Positions 20,707-32,149 of a DNA stretch of 64,000 nucleotides are shown here, one piece after another. The stretch covers positions 62,001 to 126,000 of IMG/VR virus record IMGVR_UViG_3300005613_000002; one strand, written 5' to 3'. The notes under the pieces were generated by a model that ran no database searches, was not told the DNA's origin, and saw only the letters and a list, made by a program, of their open reading frames with translations. A program made the position numbers and the translations under genes. Position 1 is the stretch's first letter, and every line of letters starts with the position of its first letter.

Positions 20707-23511
20707 TTATGCACCAACATCTGAGAAGGATGCTCCAGATGGAGTTATTGTGAATGTAATTCCAATAAATTCAACTGCTCTTGTTGGTTTTAAGAATATT
20801 TCACCATATAATTCATTTCTGTCTTTAGATTCAGTAGTATTATTACTGTCATCCATTTTTATCCTAAATTCTTGCAAACCTCTTTCTCTTTTTATTGTAT
20901 CCAAAATTGGTGTTGCTTTAGATAAGAATTGGTCAATAGTTGTTTGGTCATTTTGTTCAAATACTAATCTAATTGCAATATTAGCAATAAGAACTTTAAT
21001 TTGAAGTAATAATCTACGAACATTAATTCTATCAAGTGCACTTTCTTTTACTTGAAGTGTTTTTTGTCCGAATATTGCAGTACCAACATCAGCATAATCA
21101 GCCATTGGATTGATTCTACCTTCATATAAAGTATCACGTGCTTCTTGTGAAAGTTTATATTTAGATTTCCTTGCGTTTGTAACACCACGGTTTAAACCAG
21201 CAGGTGAGAACCAAGGGAATTTAGTATTATCAGTAAATGCCATTGCTCTAACTACTTCACCTGTTGGTGGAAGATAAACATTAACATTATTCTCGGTATC
21301 TCTCATTTGAATCCAAGGAAAATAAGTACATGAATAGCTTGAATCAACATCAGCAGTATCGAGTAAATCAACAATATCTTCGGAAGCAATAACATCAGCT
21401 TTTCCACCATCACCAATAGTTAATGAAACATCAACATCTGGAGAATCAATAATATATAAACTATCAGTTCTTTGCGTTTCAATCATTTCAATAATGTCTT
21501 GAACCAAAATATTTTCATCAGACCAATTAATACCCGGAGTTGCAAACAAATTAATTGTTATTTCTTCTGGGTTAGACATAGTATTTACAGCAGTTTCCCA
21601 TGCTTGGAAATCATTTGTTGGGCTTCCGTTTGGTGTTACACCATCATAAAGACCATTTAAACGATATAAATCACCAGTTGAACGTTCAGTTCTGTTTTCA
21701 TCCCAACCATCAAAACCTTTTGAAGGAACTAAAGTAAATTTTCTAGTATTAATATCATAATATTCAGCAGTTGCATCACTTATTACATCTTCAACAGTTT
21801 GGAAATTACCATCACCACTATCAAAAGAATAACCATTTGATGTAACACCAGATGCATCAACATCCATGTGGAAACCTTTAGATTTTACGTGTGTTCCAGT
21901 ACTTTCTTGTCCATTAAAATTGAATAAATTTTGGTTAATTCCAGTTCCAATTACACCTGTCGCATCATAACCGTTTTCAGAAACACCTAAATATACTTTT
22001 TTTACTCTTTCATCATCATTATATTTAGTTTTATAGAATATTTTTGGTGCAGTACCATCAACACTTCCACCAGTATTAGAAATTTCATAATTATTCAACA
22101 TATATCCTTCAAAACCAGCAGGGAAGTCAGTAATACTTAAATCATCAGCAACTTCAATCATAATATATTCACTCATTAAATCGTATTCACCATCAGTTGT
22201 ACCTATTCGTTGTGCAATATAATTAGTTTCACCTTTAATTAAATTACATCTAGTGAAGGATTCTAAAACTGTAACATCATCATCAGTATCATAAAAATCA
22301 CGGATATATATATCAAATTCTAATGTTGATGGATTAATATTTGCAATACTAATTTTAATTTCCTTATTAGCATCATCACCGTCTGATATACTAACAAATT
22401 TAAATAATCTACTTACTGCACTACCTTTAACCTGAGAAACAACCCAAGGTGTTTCAGGAGTTTTAAATTGTGTTTTATAATTAGTGAATGCATCTGTATC
22501 ACATTCGATTAAAGTACTTGAAATACCAAATCCATAAGATGAAAGAGTACCAATTCCATAACTAGTTAATCCTGAAGTACCAGAATAATTAAGTATAGAA
22601 TCACCATCAGCATCCAATTTTTTTATTAAATCAGGATAAACTGCTTCAACCCATATTTTAGTTGTTTTATCTTTAGGTTCACTACCAATTACATTAGGTA
22701 GGTAACTACTTGAATCAGGATTTAATGAAACTGTATGTGTTTCTTTAGTTGTTCCACTTGTTGCAGTTATTTTGAAAGTCTCAAACATGTCCCCAATTCC
22801 TAATATTGTTGAATTTCCTGAGATTGCAACAGATGTTGTATCGAATTTAGTTGTCGGTGATGCGTTAAGATTATCAATAACATAACCTCTACTTCTAACA
22901 ATAGCTAATACCATATTACTATAATCAGTATTTTCTGTTGCTGTAAATGTTGTTGCTGTTACAGATACTACACCAGCACCAGTACTTGCAGAGTATGATG
23001 TGCATGTAAATTGATATGATGTGCCAGTAAAATCAGTATCATTAATTTTTTCAAATCCAGTAAATGTTGTTCCAGTATCGCCAGTTTGATTAATACCGAC
23101 ACCTAAATATTCGTTATCAGTAAATGATGCAGTTGATACAGAACTTGTACCACTACTTATTGTTGTTGGGTCAACACCAGCATCTAAGTTAATAGTCCAT
23201 GCTTTACCAGCATCATAACCACTAAGTCCCAATATTCTAGTTACCCACAATTGATTTGATTCTTCAAGATATGAATTAGCTACATATGGTAATTGATATT
23301 GAAGATTTCCATTTGAAAATCTATTTACACTTTGACCACCAAATCTATTACTGAAATCTGTTTTGTCTTGTATGTAAACTGGTTCAAAGGCAGGTCCTTT
23401 AAGGGTTTCTCCAACAAGACCTAATGTTGTTATTCCTACATTACGTGTTACAAATGTTAAGTCACGCTCTTTAAATTTTACACCCGGAGAGGTGAATACA
23501 AATTCTGCCAT
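20707..23511 (-). CDS. gp18: Contractile tail sheath protein
   Basis: SPGV..ERD, GETLKGP, PWFSPAGLNRG, FGQKTLQ, DRINVRRLL and KPTRAVEFI motifs. Confidence 0.95.
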   Translation of the reverse strand: MAEFVFTSPGVKFKERDLTFVTRNVGITTLGLVGETLKGPAFEPVYIQDKTDFSNRFGGQSVNRFSNGNLQYQLPYVANSYLEESNQLWVTRILGLSGYDAGKAWTINLDAGVDPTTISSGTSSVSTASFTDNEYLGVGINQTGDTGTTFTGFEKINDTDFTGTSYQFTCTSYSASTGAGVVSVTATTFTATENTDYSNMVLAIVRSRGYVIDNLNASPTTKFDTTSVAISGNSTILGIGDMFETFKITATSGTTKETHTVSLNPDSSSYLPNVIGSEPKDKTTKIWVEAVYPDLIKKLDADGDSILNYSGTSGLTSYGIGTLSSYGFGISSTLIECDTDAFTNYKTQFKTPETPWVVSQVKGSAVSRLFKFVSISDGDDANKEIKISIANINPSTLEFDIYIRDFYDTDDDVTVLESFTRCNLIKGETNYIAQRIGTTDGEYDLMSEYIMIEVADDLSITDFPAGFEGYMLNNYEISNTGGSVDGTAPKIFYKTKYNDDERVKKVYLGVSENGYDATGVIGTGINQNLFNFNGQESTGTHVKSKGFHMDVDASGVTSNGYSFDSGDGNFQTVEDVISDATAEYYDINTRKFTLVPSKGFDGWDENRTERSTGDLYRLNGLYDGVTPNGSPTNDFQAWETAVNTMSNPEEITINLFATPGINWSDENILVQDIIEMIETQRTDSLYIIDSPDVDVSLTIGDGGKADVIASEDIVDLLDTADVDSSYSCTYFPWIQMRDTENNVNVYLPPTGEVVRAMAFTDNTKFPWFSPAGLNRGVTNARKSKYKLSQEARDTLYEGRINPMADYADVGTAIFGQKTLQVKESALDRINVRRLLLQIKVLIANIAIRLVFEQNDQTTIDQFLSKATPILDTIKRERGLQEFRIKMDDSNNTTESKDRNELYGEIFLKPTRAVEFIGITFTITPSGASFSDVGA

Positions 23512-23806
23512 GTTTATAAATTATTAGTTATTTTTATTTTTTTATTTTAAATCTAATTCTTATTCGAATCGTTTAAAATAAATACTGAAAAATAACGCAA
23601 AAGGTGATTTATTTTAATTATTACAATTCTGCAACACTACGTCATAACTCAATTTTCTCACTAATTTCAAGTTTTTATATTCAAATTTTTCATTTTTTTT
23701 GATTTTTTAATTTAAATTTTGATTTATTTTGTAAATTTTTTTTTTTAAAATAAATCATTAATGTGTGATTTTTATTGGTTTAGTATTTATAAAAAACAAT
23801 AAAATA

Positions 23807-25927
23807 ATGAATAAATCACAAAAAATACTTTTTAATGATAGTGTCAAAGGTAATAATATGCACTTTAAAGTTAAATTGGAACAAAATGTTAATAATGTTC
23901 AATTTCTCAGCATGGATGTAAGTACTGAAGATGTATATCAAGATTTTAATTCAGATTATGGAGTTTTAGTTGGTAGAGTGATTGCCAATGATGGGATAGG
24001 TATTCCAAATGCTAAAATTAGTGTATTTATTCCGCTTAGTGATGATGATTCAACAGATAGTGAAATAAGTAGTATCTATCCATATAAAACACCTAGAGAA
24101 AAAAATAATGAAGGAAAAAGATATAATTTATTACCACGTGTTTCTAAAATAGACCCAATAACTAATCAATGGAAACCAAAACAACCATTTGGGTCATTAC
24201 CAATTAAAGAAGAAATTATTACAAATCCAGAATATCTTGATGTATATAAAAAATATTACAAATACACAGCATTAACAAACAATGCTGGTGATTATATGAT
24301 ATTTGGAGTTCCAATTGGAACACAAACTGTACATTTAAGTGTTGATATTACTGATATTGGTGAATATAGTATGAATCCTGCATCTATGGTTGTTAATTTA
24401 GGTTATTCAGCTAATTTATTTACTGATAATAATACAAAAATTAAAGAAAGTAAAGATTTGAATGATTTACCTAATATTGAAACACAAGAAATTTCAGTTG
24501 AAATAATTCCTTTTTGGGGTGATGCTGAAAATTTTGAAATAGGTATAACACGTCAAGATTTTAGGATTCGTTCTGTTTTAAATAAAACATTTGTTTTATT
24601 TGGAACTTCTTTTACTGATGGAAATGATTCAATGTGGGGTCATGATTATCGTAGTGATAGAAGTATAAGAGAATTTTATAGGATTAGACCTGATTGGATG
24701 GATAATTTAGGTATGGCAACCAAAAGAACAGCGAATGTAACAGAAAGTATATATTATTATCCACCAGAAATTAGTGATGAAACTATTGATGGTTATAGTG
24801 TTGACCCTATTAATCAAATGAGAAAATTAGATTCTTCAGAATATACTGTTCATAAAAGAAATGGTGACTTTGTATATATTCTTAGTTGTAATAGAAATAG
24901 AGTAATTACTGGTGAAAATGGTGAGGAAGTTCCAGTACCATACGATTCAAATGAGGGTGTTTTTACTGAATTTAGAGGGTTCGTTGTTTTAGAAATAGAA
25001 GATTCTGAAGCACCAATGGAATTTTCAAGTAAAATTGGAACAAATGCAGTATTAAAGCCATATAGATATAAATTAAAATTTCCACAACATGCTGGAAAAA
25101 ATCAAAGCTTCGAACCAACTGAAAGTCGAACTAATGATAATTGGAGAAATGAAAATTTTAAATTTGAAGGCGGGAAAATTTATAGTTTTTCACGATTTAA
25201 TGGGATTATATATAATAATGGAAATACTAGTGATGTAGATCAATATAATGATTATACTGATAATTTTTTTGGTGGTGATAGACATAATTATTTAAGAGGA
25301 AGTATTGAAACTAATGTGAATAATGTCGGTATTATTATGAATTCAAGTTTCACTTATGATGATGAATATTATAATCATGGTCAATATGAATTTCCAACAA
25401 ATTGTGTTGCTTCTGATGGTTTTTCTTTTTTTGGTGGAAATTGGATGAATCTATGTGTTCATTTTCCACAACTCGGATTTTTAGAAAGGGGTAGTAGTGG
25501 AACTAGAGATACTTATACAGCAGATCATTTTGCTAGACAAAAAGAAAATGATGAAGAATATAATTCATTTTATTTAACAAACAATTCACAAGATATTGTC
25601 GGTGGTTATAAAAATACCAAATTTTTTGCACGTGCAGATTTTAATTGGACTGATATAATAGAAGTCCCAATTACTGATATTAATTTAATGATTGATGAAT
25701 CTAAAGGGTTTATTGATACTGGAAGTACTGTATATACTGGAAGTACTTATAGAAATGGAATTAATATTCCAGATAGTGGCGATTGGGTAGAAGCGTGTCC
25801 TTTTGATGGTGGAAAAATAAATTGTATTCCAACTAATCCTGTAGACCCAAATACATATTTTTATAAAGGATATGATGAATCTGATTGTATTCAATATTTG
25901 ATTGATTTAGGTATTGTTGATAATTAA
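23807..25927 (+). CDS. Virion structural protein (carboxypeptidase-regulatory-like beta domain)
   Basis: GVLVGRV..GIPNAKISVF; TNNAGDYMIFGVPIG; late motif at 23783 supports start 23807. Confidence 0.6.
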   Translation: MNKSQKILFNDSVKGNNMHFKVKLEQNVNNVQFLSMDVSTEDVYQDFNSDYGVLVGRVIANDGIGIPNAKISVFIPLSDDDSTDSEISSIYPYKTPREKNNEGKRYNLLPRVSKIDPITNQWKPKQPFGSLPIKEEIITNPEYLDVYKKYYKYTALTNNAGDYMIFGVPIGTQTVHLSVDITDIGEYSMNPASMVVNLGYSANLFTDNNTKIKESKDLNDLPNIETQEISVEIIPFWGDAENFEIGITRQDFRIRSVLNKTFVLFGTSFTDGNDSMWGHDYRSDRSIREFYRIRPDWMDNLGMATKRTANVTESIYYYPPEISDETIDGYSVDPINQMRKLDSSEYTVHKRNGDFVYILSCNRNRVITGENGEEVPVPYDSNEGVFTEFRGFVVLEIEDSEAPMEFSSKIGTNAVLKPYRYKLKFPQHAGKNQSFEPTESRTNDNWRNENFKFEGGKIYSFSRFNGIIYNNGNTSDVDQYNDYTDNFFGGDRHNYLRGSIETNVNNVGIIMNSSFTYDDEYYNHGQYEFPTNCVASDGFSFFGGNWMNLCVHFPQLGFLERGSSGTRDTYTADHFARQKENDEEYNSFYLTNNSQDIVGGYKNTKFFARADFNWTDIIEVPITDINLMIDESKGFIDTGSTVYTGSTYRNGINIPDSGDWVEACPFDGGKINCIPTNPVDPNTYFYKGYDESDCIQYLIDLGIVDN

Positions 25928-25947
25928 TATTTTGGTATTTATATTCA

Positions 25948-27102
25948 ATGGATAAGCAAATTAAAATATTACTTAATAGTGAACAGAATATTGATTCAGT
26001 TAATCTTGATATGCACGATAAAATTGAATTAGGTGTATTATCTAAAGAAATTACTGAATATAATATTAGAAATGTTGTTAATGCTACGGAAGTGTTTGAT
26101 GATGAAAGAGAAGCAAACCCAATATATAGAATATATGGTAAAATTGAATATTTGTCATTATTAAATGGATTAAAATTAGATTATGATGAATTTGAGGATT
26201 TTTTTCTCCCACAAACAACTGATAGTAAAAATATTTTAAATAGTTTTGATTTTTATTTAATTAGACCAGCATCATCAGGATATACAAACACAAGCGAGAA
26301 TGAGTATATTCGATATTTTGAAGTTATTGCTACACCTAACGATTTTGAATTATTTCCAGTTGGTTTTTCAAATAATGTTTATGGTGAACAAGGATATTCA
26401 TTTAATTATAGTGTTGATATTGATGTTTCTGAATATTATGACCATTTTGGTTTTCCTGTGACAGATTTATTTTTATATGCACAATATAAAAAATCACCAA
26501 ACGAAACATTATTATTTACTGATTGGTCAAGTACTGGTACTACTCAAGAAAATATGATATCTAAAACATTAAATGTTGGTGATTATGTTGAAACATTTAA
26601 TAATTTACGTATTGGTGATTTAATTGAATATAGTAAATTAATATTTTTACAAGAACAATTAACAGAACAATCATTTTATATTATAACCCCATATTTAATT
26701 AGTGGTGTTTCAACTACATTAAAATGGGAATATAAACCATTTATAGCAATTAATCTTAGAAATTTAAGCAATAGTTATTATAATGCAAATACAGGCAGTA
26801 CATCATATGAATTAGTGCAATCAATACCTTCATATGCTACAGATATTGATTCAGGAAATTTTGTCTGGAGAAATATAATGATTGAAGATTATATTGACCC
26901 TCTAACAGGAATTGGAACTAATCATCCATTTGTGAATAAAAAGAGATATGTGTTTTCATCTATTATTTTAGATATTATACCTGATTTAACTGATGATTTA
27001 ACTAGAATAGCATTTGATGAAGTTTGGTTTACAAGAAATAGAATTGGAAGTAAAATAACACCATACGGTGATATAGATAATATTGGAAAACCATGTTTAT
27101 AA
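25948..27102 (+). CDS. Hypothetical virion structural protein
   Basis: 384 aa, aromatic-rich; late motif at 25935. Confidence 0.6.
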   Translation: MDKQIKILLNSEQNIDSVNLDMHDKIELGVLSKEITEYNIRNVVNATEVFDDEREANPIYRIYGKIEYLSLLNGLKLDYDEFEDFFLPQTTDSKNILNSFDFYLIRPASSGYTNTSENEYIRYFEVIATPNDFELFPVGFSNNVYGEQGYSFNYSVDIDVSEYYDHFGFPVTDLFLYAQYKKSPNETLLFTDWSSTGTTQENMISKTLNVGDYVETFNNLRIGDLIEYSKLIFLQEQLTEQSFYIITPYLISGVSTTLKWEYKPFIAINLRNLSNSYYNANTGSTSYELVQSIPSYATDIDSGNFVWRNIMIEDYIDPLTGIGTNHPFVNKKRYVFSSIILDIIPDLTDDLTRIAFDEVWFTRNRIGSKITPYGDIDNIGKPCL

Positions 27103-27899
27103 AACAAAAAAAATTAAATAACGGTGTTGATGGTTACATAAAGATTAATTTAAAATCTAGTAACGATTTTCTTGGTGTTCAACAAGAAATTGACGATTTA
27201 ACAGAATTTAAATCTGTTGATTTAATTAATTCAGCTACTGATGTGGAAAAATTGAAATTTAAATTAGACCCAACAATTCCTCTAACTGTATTAATGTTTC
27301 AATTTAGTGGTGTAACTTCTTTTTTAAATGCAGGTTTTACTGATGTTGAGATTTCAGGTGGGAGTCAGAATATCCGTAATAGTTTTTTTATTTTAGATTT
27401 TTATGATACGTTTGACCAAAATATACAAACAAAAATATTTAAAACATATTTAACAAAAATTGATGATGAACCGATATATAATGTTAGTTCAAACACAAGT
27501 AATCAATTGTATTATTGGTATGTACCTGTATCACTTATTGAAAGTAATACAGGTGATACAACAATTGGATATGTGAAATTTAGTTTTTATAATGCAAAAA
27601 CTGGTAGTGTTGCATTATTTTATAACAATGATAATTCATTATTAACTACACCAGAAAAATATTATTTTAAATCTGAATTAAATTTTATAAATAGAACATG
27701 GAAATTTGTTGACTCTAATTTAGTTGTCGGTGTTGAACAATCTTATAGTAGTTCTAATAACTATAATGATAGAGTTGATGATACATTTGATAAAACAGAA
27801 TTATTAACTGAGGTATTTCCAACTGGTGATAGTTATAATTATAGAACAAATAAATATGAAAATATTGATGAAAACGATACTACAACTAGTAGGAGATAA
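27093..27899 (+). CDS. Hypothetical virion structural protein
   Basis: 268 aa; overlaps the previous late gene. Confidence 0.6.
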   Translation: MFIKQKKLNNGVDGYIKINLKSSNDFLGVQQEIDDLTEFKSVDLINSATDVEKLKFKLDPTIPLTVLMFQFSGVTSFLNAGFTDVEISGGSQNIRNSFFILDFYDTFDQNIQTKIFKTYLTKIDDEPIYNVSSNTSNQLYYWYVPVSLIESNTGDTTIGYVKFSFYNAKTGSVALFYNNDNSLLTTPEKYYFKSELNFINRTWKFVDSNLVVGVEQSYSSSNNYNDRVDDTFDKTELLTEVFPTGDSYNYRTNKYENIDENDTTTSRR

Positions 27900-28664
27900 T
27901 TACGTAATAGTGTAACCAATTTTTGTTTTCCTAACTGATTTAGAAATTTCGAAATCTTTTTCATCTTGTATAAAACCCATTACTTTAATTGCGTATTTAG
28001 AAACAAAATATCTATCACCATCAATATTTTCAATTGGATTTGATTCCGCAAATCCTTCAAAATTTATTGGTATTGGATTTCCTTTCACAAATAAATAATC
28101 TTGACGTGATGCAAAATTTTTCAACACTTGTTCGTCATATTTATTTACATCAACTCTATATTTAGTAAATAAAGTTATTTCAAACACTAAATCAACATTT
28201 GTTGGTTCAGGCATTTTAAATAATAAATATATAACTTCACCATTATCTAAAATAGGAACATTTAAATATCTAAATTTACGTGGTTGTGGAATTCTATATT
28301 TAGTACCTAGTCTTGTCCCGGGTAGTTTATTAATTCGTCTAACTGTAACATATGGTGTGGGTACATTTTTATCGTTATCCATAAATTTCCAAGTCTTTGA
28401 AAATTCACCCCAACGGTCATTATCTAAATAAAATGTTGGAACAGGTTTATTATCAATAACTAATTTCATTCCATCTAAATTCACATAATCAAATAGAGCT
28501 TGATCTAAATCTTCAATTAATATAGTTTTAGGTAAATATTTAGTTTTAGTATCAGTTTCACGCATTAATTCTTCAATGCGTTCTACACCATAATTAAGAT
28601 ATTCATTTCCAACATTAGGTGGATTAGTATCATGTGTTATTTTAACTTTTTTCGGAAGTGACAT
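27900..28664 (-). CDS. Tail terminator/completion protein (gp15-like)
   Basis: VPT...DRW...PYVTVRR...MPEPTNVDLVFEI pattern; late motif at 28679. Confidence 0.65.
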   Translation of the reverse strand: MSLPKKVKITHDTNPPNVGNEYLNYGVERIEELMRETDTKTKYLPKTILIEDLDQALFDYVNLDGMKLVIDNKPVPTFYLDNDRWGEFSKTWKFMDNDKNVPTPYVTVRRINKLPGTRLGTKYRIPQPRKFRYLNVPILDNGEVIYLLFKMPEPTNVDLVFEITLFTKYRVDVNKYDEQVLKNFASRQDYLFVKGNPIPINFEGFAESNPIENIDGDRYFVSKYAIKVMGFIQDEKDFEISKSVRKTKIGYTIT

Positions 28665-28688
28665 GTTATTTTTTTTATATAAATACTG

Positions 28689-28719
28689 TTTGTTTTTAAT
28701 TATTAATTGATTATATTTG
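28689..28719 (+). promoter_or_regulatory. Bacteroidota-type promoter for the KTSC-dut-thyA operon
   Basis: TTTG-N19-TATATTTG, full consensus. Confidence 0.75.
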
Positions 28720-28736
28720 TTAAAAGATTAATTGAT

Positions 28737-29069
28737 ATGCTAATAGAACGTAAAGAATATTTAGATACCGATGGTAGTGTTGGTTACATCGAAGCAATTT
28801 TTGATTCAACCAATATTTTGAGAGTAACATTTTTTCCAAAATCTGAAAGATTGTATATTGCTTTTAGTAGAGGCAATACATATTCTTATCCAAATTTCAC
28901 TGAAAAGTTATACACTGAATTTGAAGAATGTGAATCACAAGGTAAGTTTTTTAATACAAAAATTAATAGAAATAAAAACCATCCTTCACGTAAAGAATTT
29001 ACACTATATCCTACAGAACTGTTGGAATTAAAAGAAATAGTGAAGAACAAAATAGATGATGATGATTAA
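28737..29069 (+). CDS. KTSC-domain protein
   Basis: STNI...LYIAF..GNTYSY...SQGKFFNTKI. Confidence 0.75.
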   Translation: MLIERKEYLDTDGSVGYIEAIFDSTNILRVTFFPKSERLYIAFSRGNTYSYPNFTEKLYTEFEECESQGKFFNTKINRNKNHPSRKEFTLYPTELLELKEIVKNKIDDDD

Positions 29070-29358
29070 ATTTAGTGTTAATGAGTATTATAATTTAGTA
29101 ATACTATTAAAACAAGCATTATTATTTTATGCTGATAAAGAAAATTATGGTGAATCTAAAAGTTCACCAATATTAATTGATAGAGGTTCACAAGCGCAAT
29201 TTGTTCTTAAAAGTATTACTGATTTAGAAGAAATGTATATGGATACAATAAAAGACCATAAAAATTTATCAGAATCAGAAATGTTAAAAGATTTTAGTGC
29301 TAATGATGAAAATGAATCATTGGCGAATTTAATTAAACAATTTAAAGAAGAAAAATAA
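29056..29358 (+). CDS. Hypothetical protein
   Basis: 100-aa ORF in the operon. Confidence 0.65.
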   Translation: MMMIKFSVNEYYNLVILLKQALLFYADKENYGESKSSPILIDRGSQAQFVLKSITDLEEMYMDTIKDHKNLSESEMLKDFSANDENESLANLIKQFKEEK

Positions 29359-29429
29359 TGAAGATTAAAATTATCATGTGTTTATTGTTATTTTCAATAA
29401 CACCGAGTATTTATTCTAAAATAAATATT

Positions 29430-30065
29430 ATGGTTGAAAAAAAATGTTTAAATCCAGAATGTAATAAATTATTTTCAGTTATTAATAGTAGAAAAGATTC
29501 TGCAAAATTTTGTTGTAAGGAATGTGCTAATTTAAATTTAACAGGAAAACCAAATACAATTTGTACTGAATGCAATAAACCATTTCATTTAAAAGAATCA
29601 TCAAAAAAAAGATATAAAAGAACTCATGGTTATTTTTGTTCAACTAAATGTGTTGCTGATTTTAGAAAAAAAGCATATCTTGGAGAGAATAACCCTAATT
29701 TTAGAAATACTACTCATGACGGTGGTTATTTATTAAGTAATTTACCTAAATTTGGTAGAATAAAATTACATCATAAAGTTGTTTTTGAATTACTTAAAAT
29801 TGATAAAATACCTGAAAAATATTGTGTGCATCATAGAGATTGTAATATAAATAATAATGATGAAGAAAATTTAGTTTTATTAACATTAAGTAATCATAGA
29901 TGGTTACATAAAAATTTTGGTAACGCTACATTATGGGCATATTCGCAAAATAAGATTTCATTATACGAATTATGTGATTGGTGTAAGAATCCAGAAAAAG
30001 CAATGAGATTATTACCATTAAATATTATTAAACAAAAAGAAAATATTCATGAAATTATTAGTTAA
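29430..30065 (+). mobile_element. HNH homing endonuclease with Zn-ribbon repeats
   Basis: CxxC pairs, GENNPNF (NUMOD-like) and VHHRDCNINNNDEENL..H..LH HNH motif; own late motif at 29407 suggests start 29430. Confidence 0.85.
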
Positions 30066-30522
30066 ATATCATAATTCAAATTGTCATTTAGAGCAACATG
30101 GTAATTGGGTAGATTTAAAATCAGCAGAAAATATAAAAATTAAAAAATTTGAAAATAGATTAATTTCATTAGGTGTATCAATACGTTTACCTAAATATTA
30201 TCAAGCAAATATTGTTCCCAGAAGTGGAACTTATAAAAAATATAAAATTATTCAGGCTAATCATTATGGTATTATTGACGGTCCTGATAAAATTTCAGAT
30301 GGTTATTCTGGAAATAATGATATTTGGATGTTTAATGCAATTGCTTTAGATAATGTAGAAATTAATAATGGTGATAGAATTTGTCAATTTGAAATAAGAC
30401 CTACAATGGTTGCACCTTGGTTTATTAAATTAAATTGGATTTTTAATAATAAAATTAAAATTATTGTGGCTCAAGATTTAAAATCTGATGATAGAGGTGG
30501 TTTTGGTAGTTCAGGAAAATAA
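30049..30522 (+). CDS. dut: Trimeric dUTPase
   Basis: VDL, PRSG, GIID..Y.G, GDRICQF and RGGFGSSG motifs. Confidence 0.92.
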   Translation: MKLLVKYHNSNCHLEQHGNWVDLKSAENIKIKKFENRLISLGVSIRLPKYYQANIVPRSGTYKKYKIIQANHYGIIDGPDKISDGYSGNNDIWMFNAIALDNVEINNGDRICQFEIRPTMVAPWFIKLNWIFNNKIKIIVAQDLKSDDRGGFGSSGK

Positions 30523-30549
30523 AATAAATAAAAATAATATAATAAAAAA

Positions 30550-31674
30550 ATGAGTGAATCATATCAAGTACAGTATGCGGACATTTTAGATAAATTAATA
30601 AATGAACCGAGAAAAAAAAGACCATCACGAATAGGTAATATTCGTAGTAATTTTGTTGAATTAATGCGAGTTGATTTAACAAAAGAATTCCCATTGATGG
30701 ATTTAAAGAAAATTAAATTCAGTAATATTTTACATGAATTACTATGGTTTATTCATGGTGATACACATATTAAATATTTAATTGATAATGGGTGTAATAT
30801 TTGGACAGATGATGCATATAGATATTATTGTGAACAACTAACAAGAAAAAGGGAAGATTATGTTGAATTATATGGTGATAACCCAAATCTTGCAGGAAAA
30901 ACTCCTGATGATTTATTTAACCCAATAAGTAAAGAAAAATTCATCAAATTAGCAATAAATGGTAAAGGGGAAAATCATTATGGTGAGTTAGATAGGGTTT
31001 ATGGTAAACAATGGCGTGAATTTAATGGTAAGACAGATCAATTACAAAAATGTATTAATACGTTAATGACGAATCCTGATGATAGGAGAATGATTGTTTC
31101 TGCACATAATCCAACTGATATTGAAGATGAAATTGTTGGATTACCAAGTTGTCATAATATGTTTCAATTTTATACAATTCCATTAACATTTGAGGAAAGA
31201 TTGAAAATCAAAGAAGAAAAATACCCAATTGATACTGATGATTTAGATACCGAAGAAAAACTAGATAGATATAAGATTCCAAAATTTTATCTCTGTACAT
31301 GGTTTAATATACGTTCTAATGACTTTTTCTTAGGACAACCATATAATATGGCATCTTATGCGTTATTAACTCATATCGTTGCTAATGTTGTTAATATGAT
31401 ACCTAAAGAAGTAGTTTGCACTGCTATTGATTGTCATTTATATGAAGCACATATTGATGCATCAGAAAAATATCTTAAAAGATTTGAAAAAATTATGAAT
31501 GATAATCATATTTTTGGTAGAGGAATAAAAACTACACCAAGTGATGTGACTTATTGTAAATCAAAATTACATATTAAAAGAGATTTAAAATCAATTGATG
31601 ATGTAACTGCTGATGATATTAAATTGATTGATTATAATCCGCAATCATTTATTAAAGCACCATTATTAACTTAA
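30550..31674 (+). CDS. thyA: Thymidylate synthase
   Basis: ELLWF, IW..DA, YGKQWR, PDDRR, LPSCH, RSND.FLG.PYN and HLYE.H motifs. Confidence 0.95.
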   Translation: MSESYQVQYADILDKLINEPRKKRPSRIGNIRSNFVELMRVDLTKEFPLMDLKKIKFSNILHELLWFIHGDTHIKYLIDNGCNIWTDDAYRYYCEQLTRKREDYVELYGDNPNLAGKTPDDLFNPISKEKFIKLAINGKGENHYGELDRVYGKQWREFNGKTDQLQKCINTLMTNPDDRRMIVSAHNPTDIEDEIVGLPSCHNMFQFYTIPLTFEERLKIKEEKYPIDTDDLDTEEKLDRYKIPKFYLCTWFNIRSNDFFLGQPYNMASYALLTHIVANVVNMIPKEVVCTAIDCHLYEAHIDASEKYLKRFEKIMNDNHIFGRGIKTTPSDVTYCKSKLHIKRDLKSIDDVTADDIKLIDYNPQSFIKAPLLT

Positions 31675-31713
31675 TTTATCATGTGTGAGAAATTGACAAA
31701 ATAAAGTCATCTA

Positions 31714-31944
31714 ATGTTATATCTAATAATACTATTATTAATTATAATAGTTCTTTTATTATCATTAGGTCTATTTTTCTTTATAAAGAAAAATTTATAT
31801 CTTTCTGATAAGGAAATTGAATTTATTATATTCGTTATAGATATATATGAACAATATAGTGATGATTTAGGTATACAGTCTAAAGAACAACATAAGAAAC
31901 TTGTACTTGAATTAAATAAAATAAAGAAAAAATTAAAAAGATGA
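31714..31944 (+). CDS. Small membrane protein
   Basis: N-terminal transmembrane helix. Confidence 0.65.
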   Translation: MLYLIILLLIIIVLLLSLGLFFFIKKNLYLSDKEIEFIIFVIDIYEQYSDDLGIQSKEQHKKLVLELNKIKKKLKR

Positions 31945-32147
31945 TGGATAATAATAAAAAAAGACATGTTTTTAAAACAATCTCATGGAGAATTATTGCC
32001 ACATTGACTACAATAATTATTTCAGTTATTATCACAAAAAGTATTCAAATTGGTTTAGGTATTGGGATTACTGAATTTATTGTGAAAATGTTTCTTTATT
32101 ATTATCATGAGAGATTTTGGTTTAAGAAAATTAGATTAAAAACATAA
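31941..32147 (+). CDS. DUF2061-like membrane protein
   Basis: KTISWRIIATLTT...YYYHERFW. Confidence 0.75.
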   Translation: MMDNNKKRHVFKTISWRIIATLTTIIISVIITKSIQIGLGIGITEFIVKMFLYYYHERFWFKKIRLKT

Positions 32148-32149
32148 AA

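Noticed and set aside
29358-29429. Signal peptide on the HNH protein
   Set aside because: The hydrophobic stretch coincides with hairpins and a late promoter; better explained as insertion-junction sequence.
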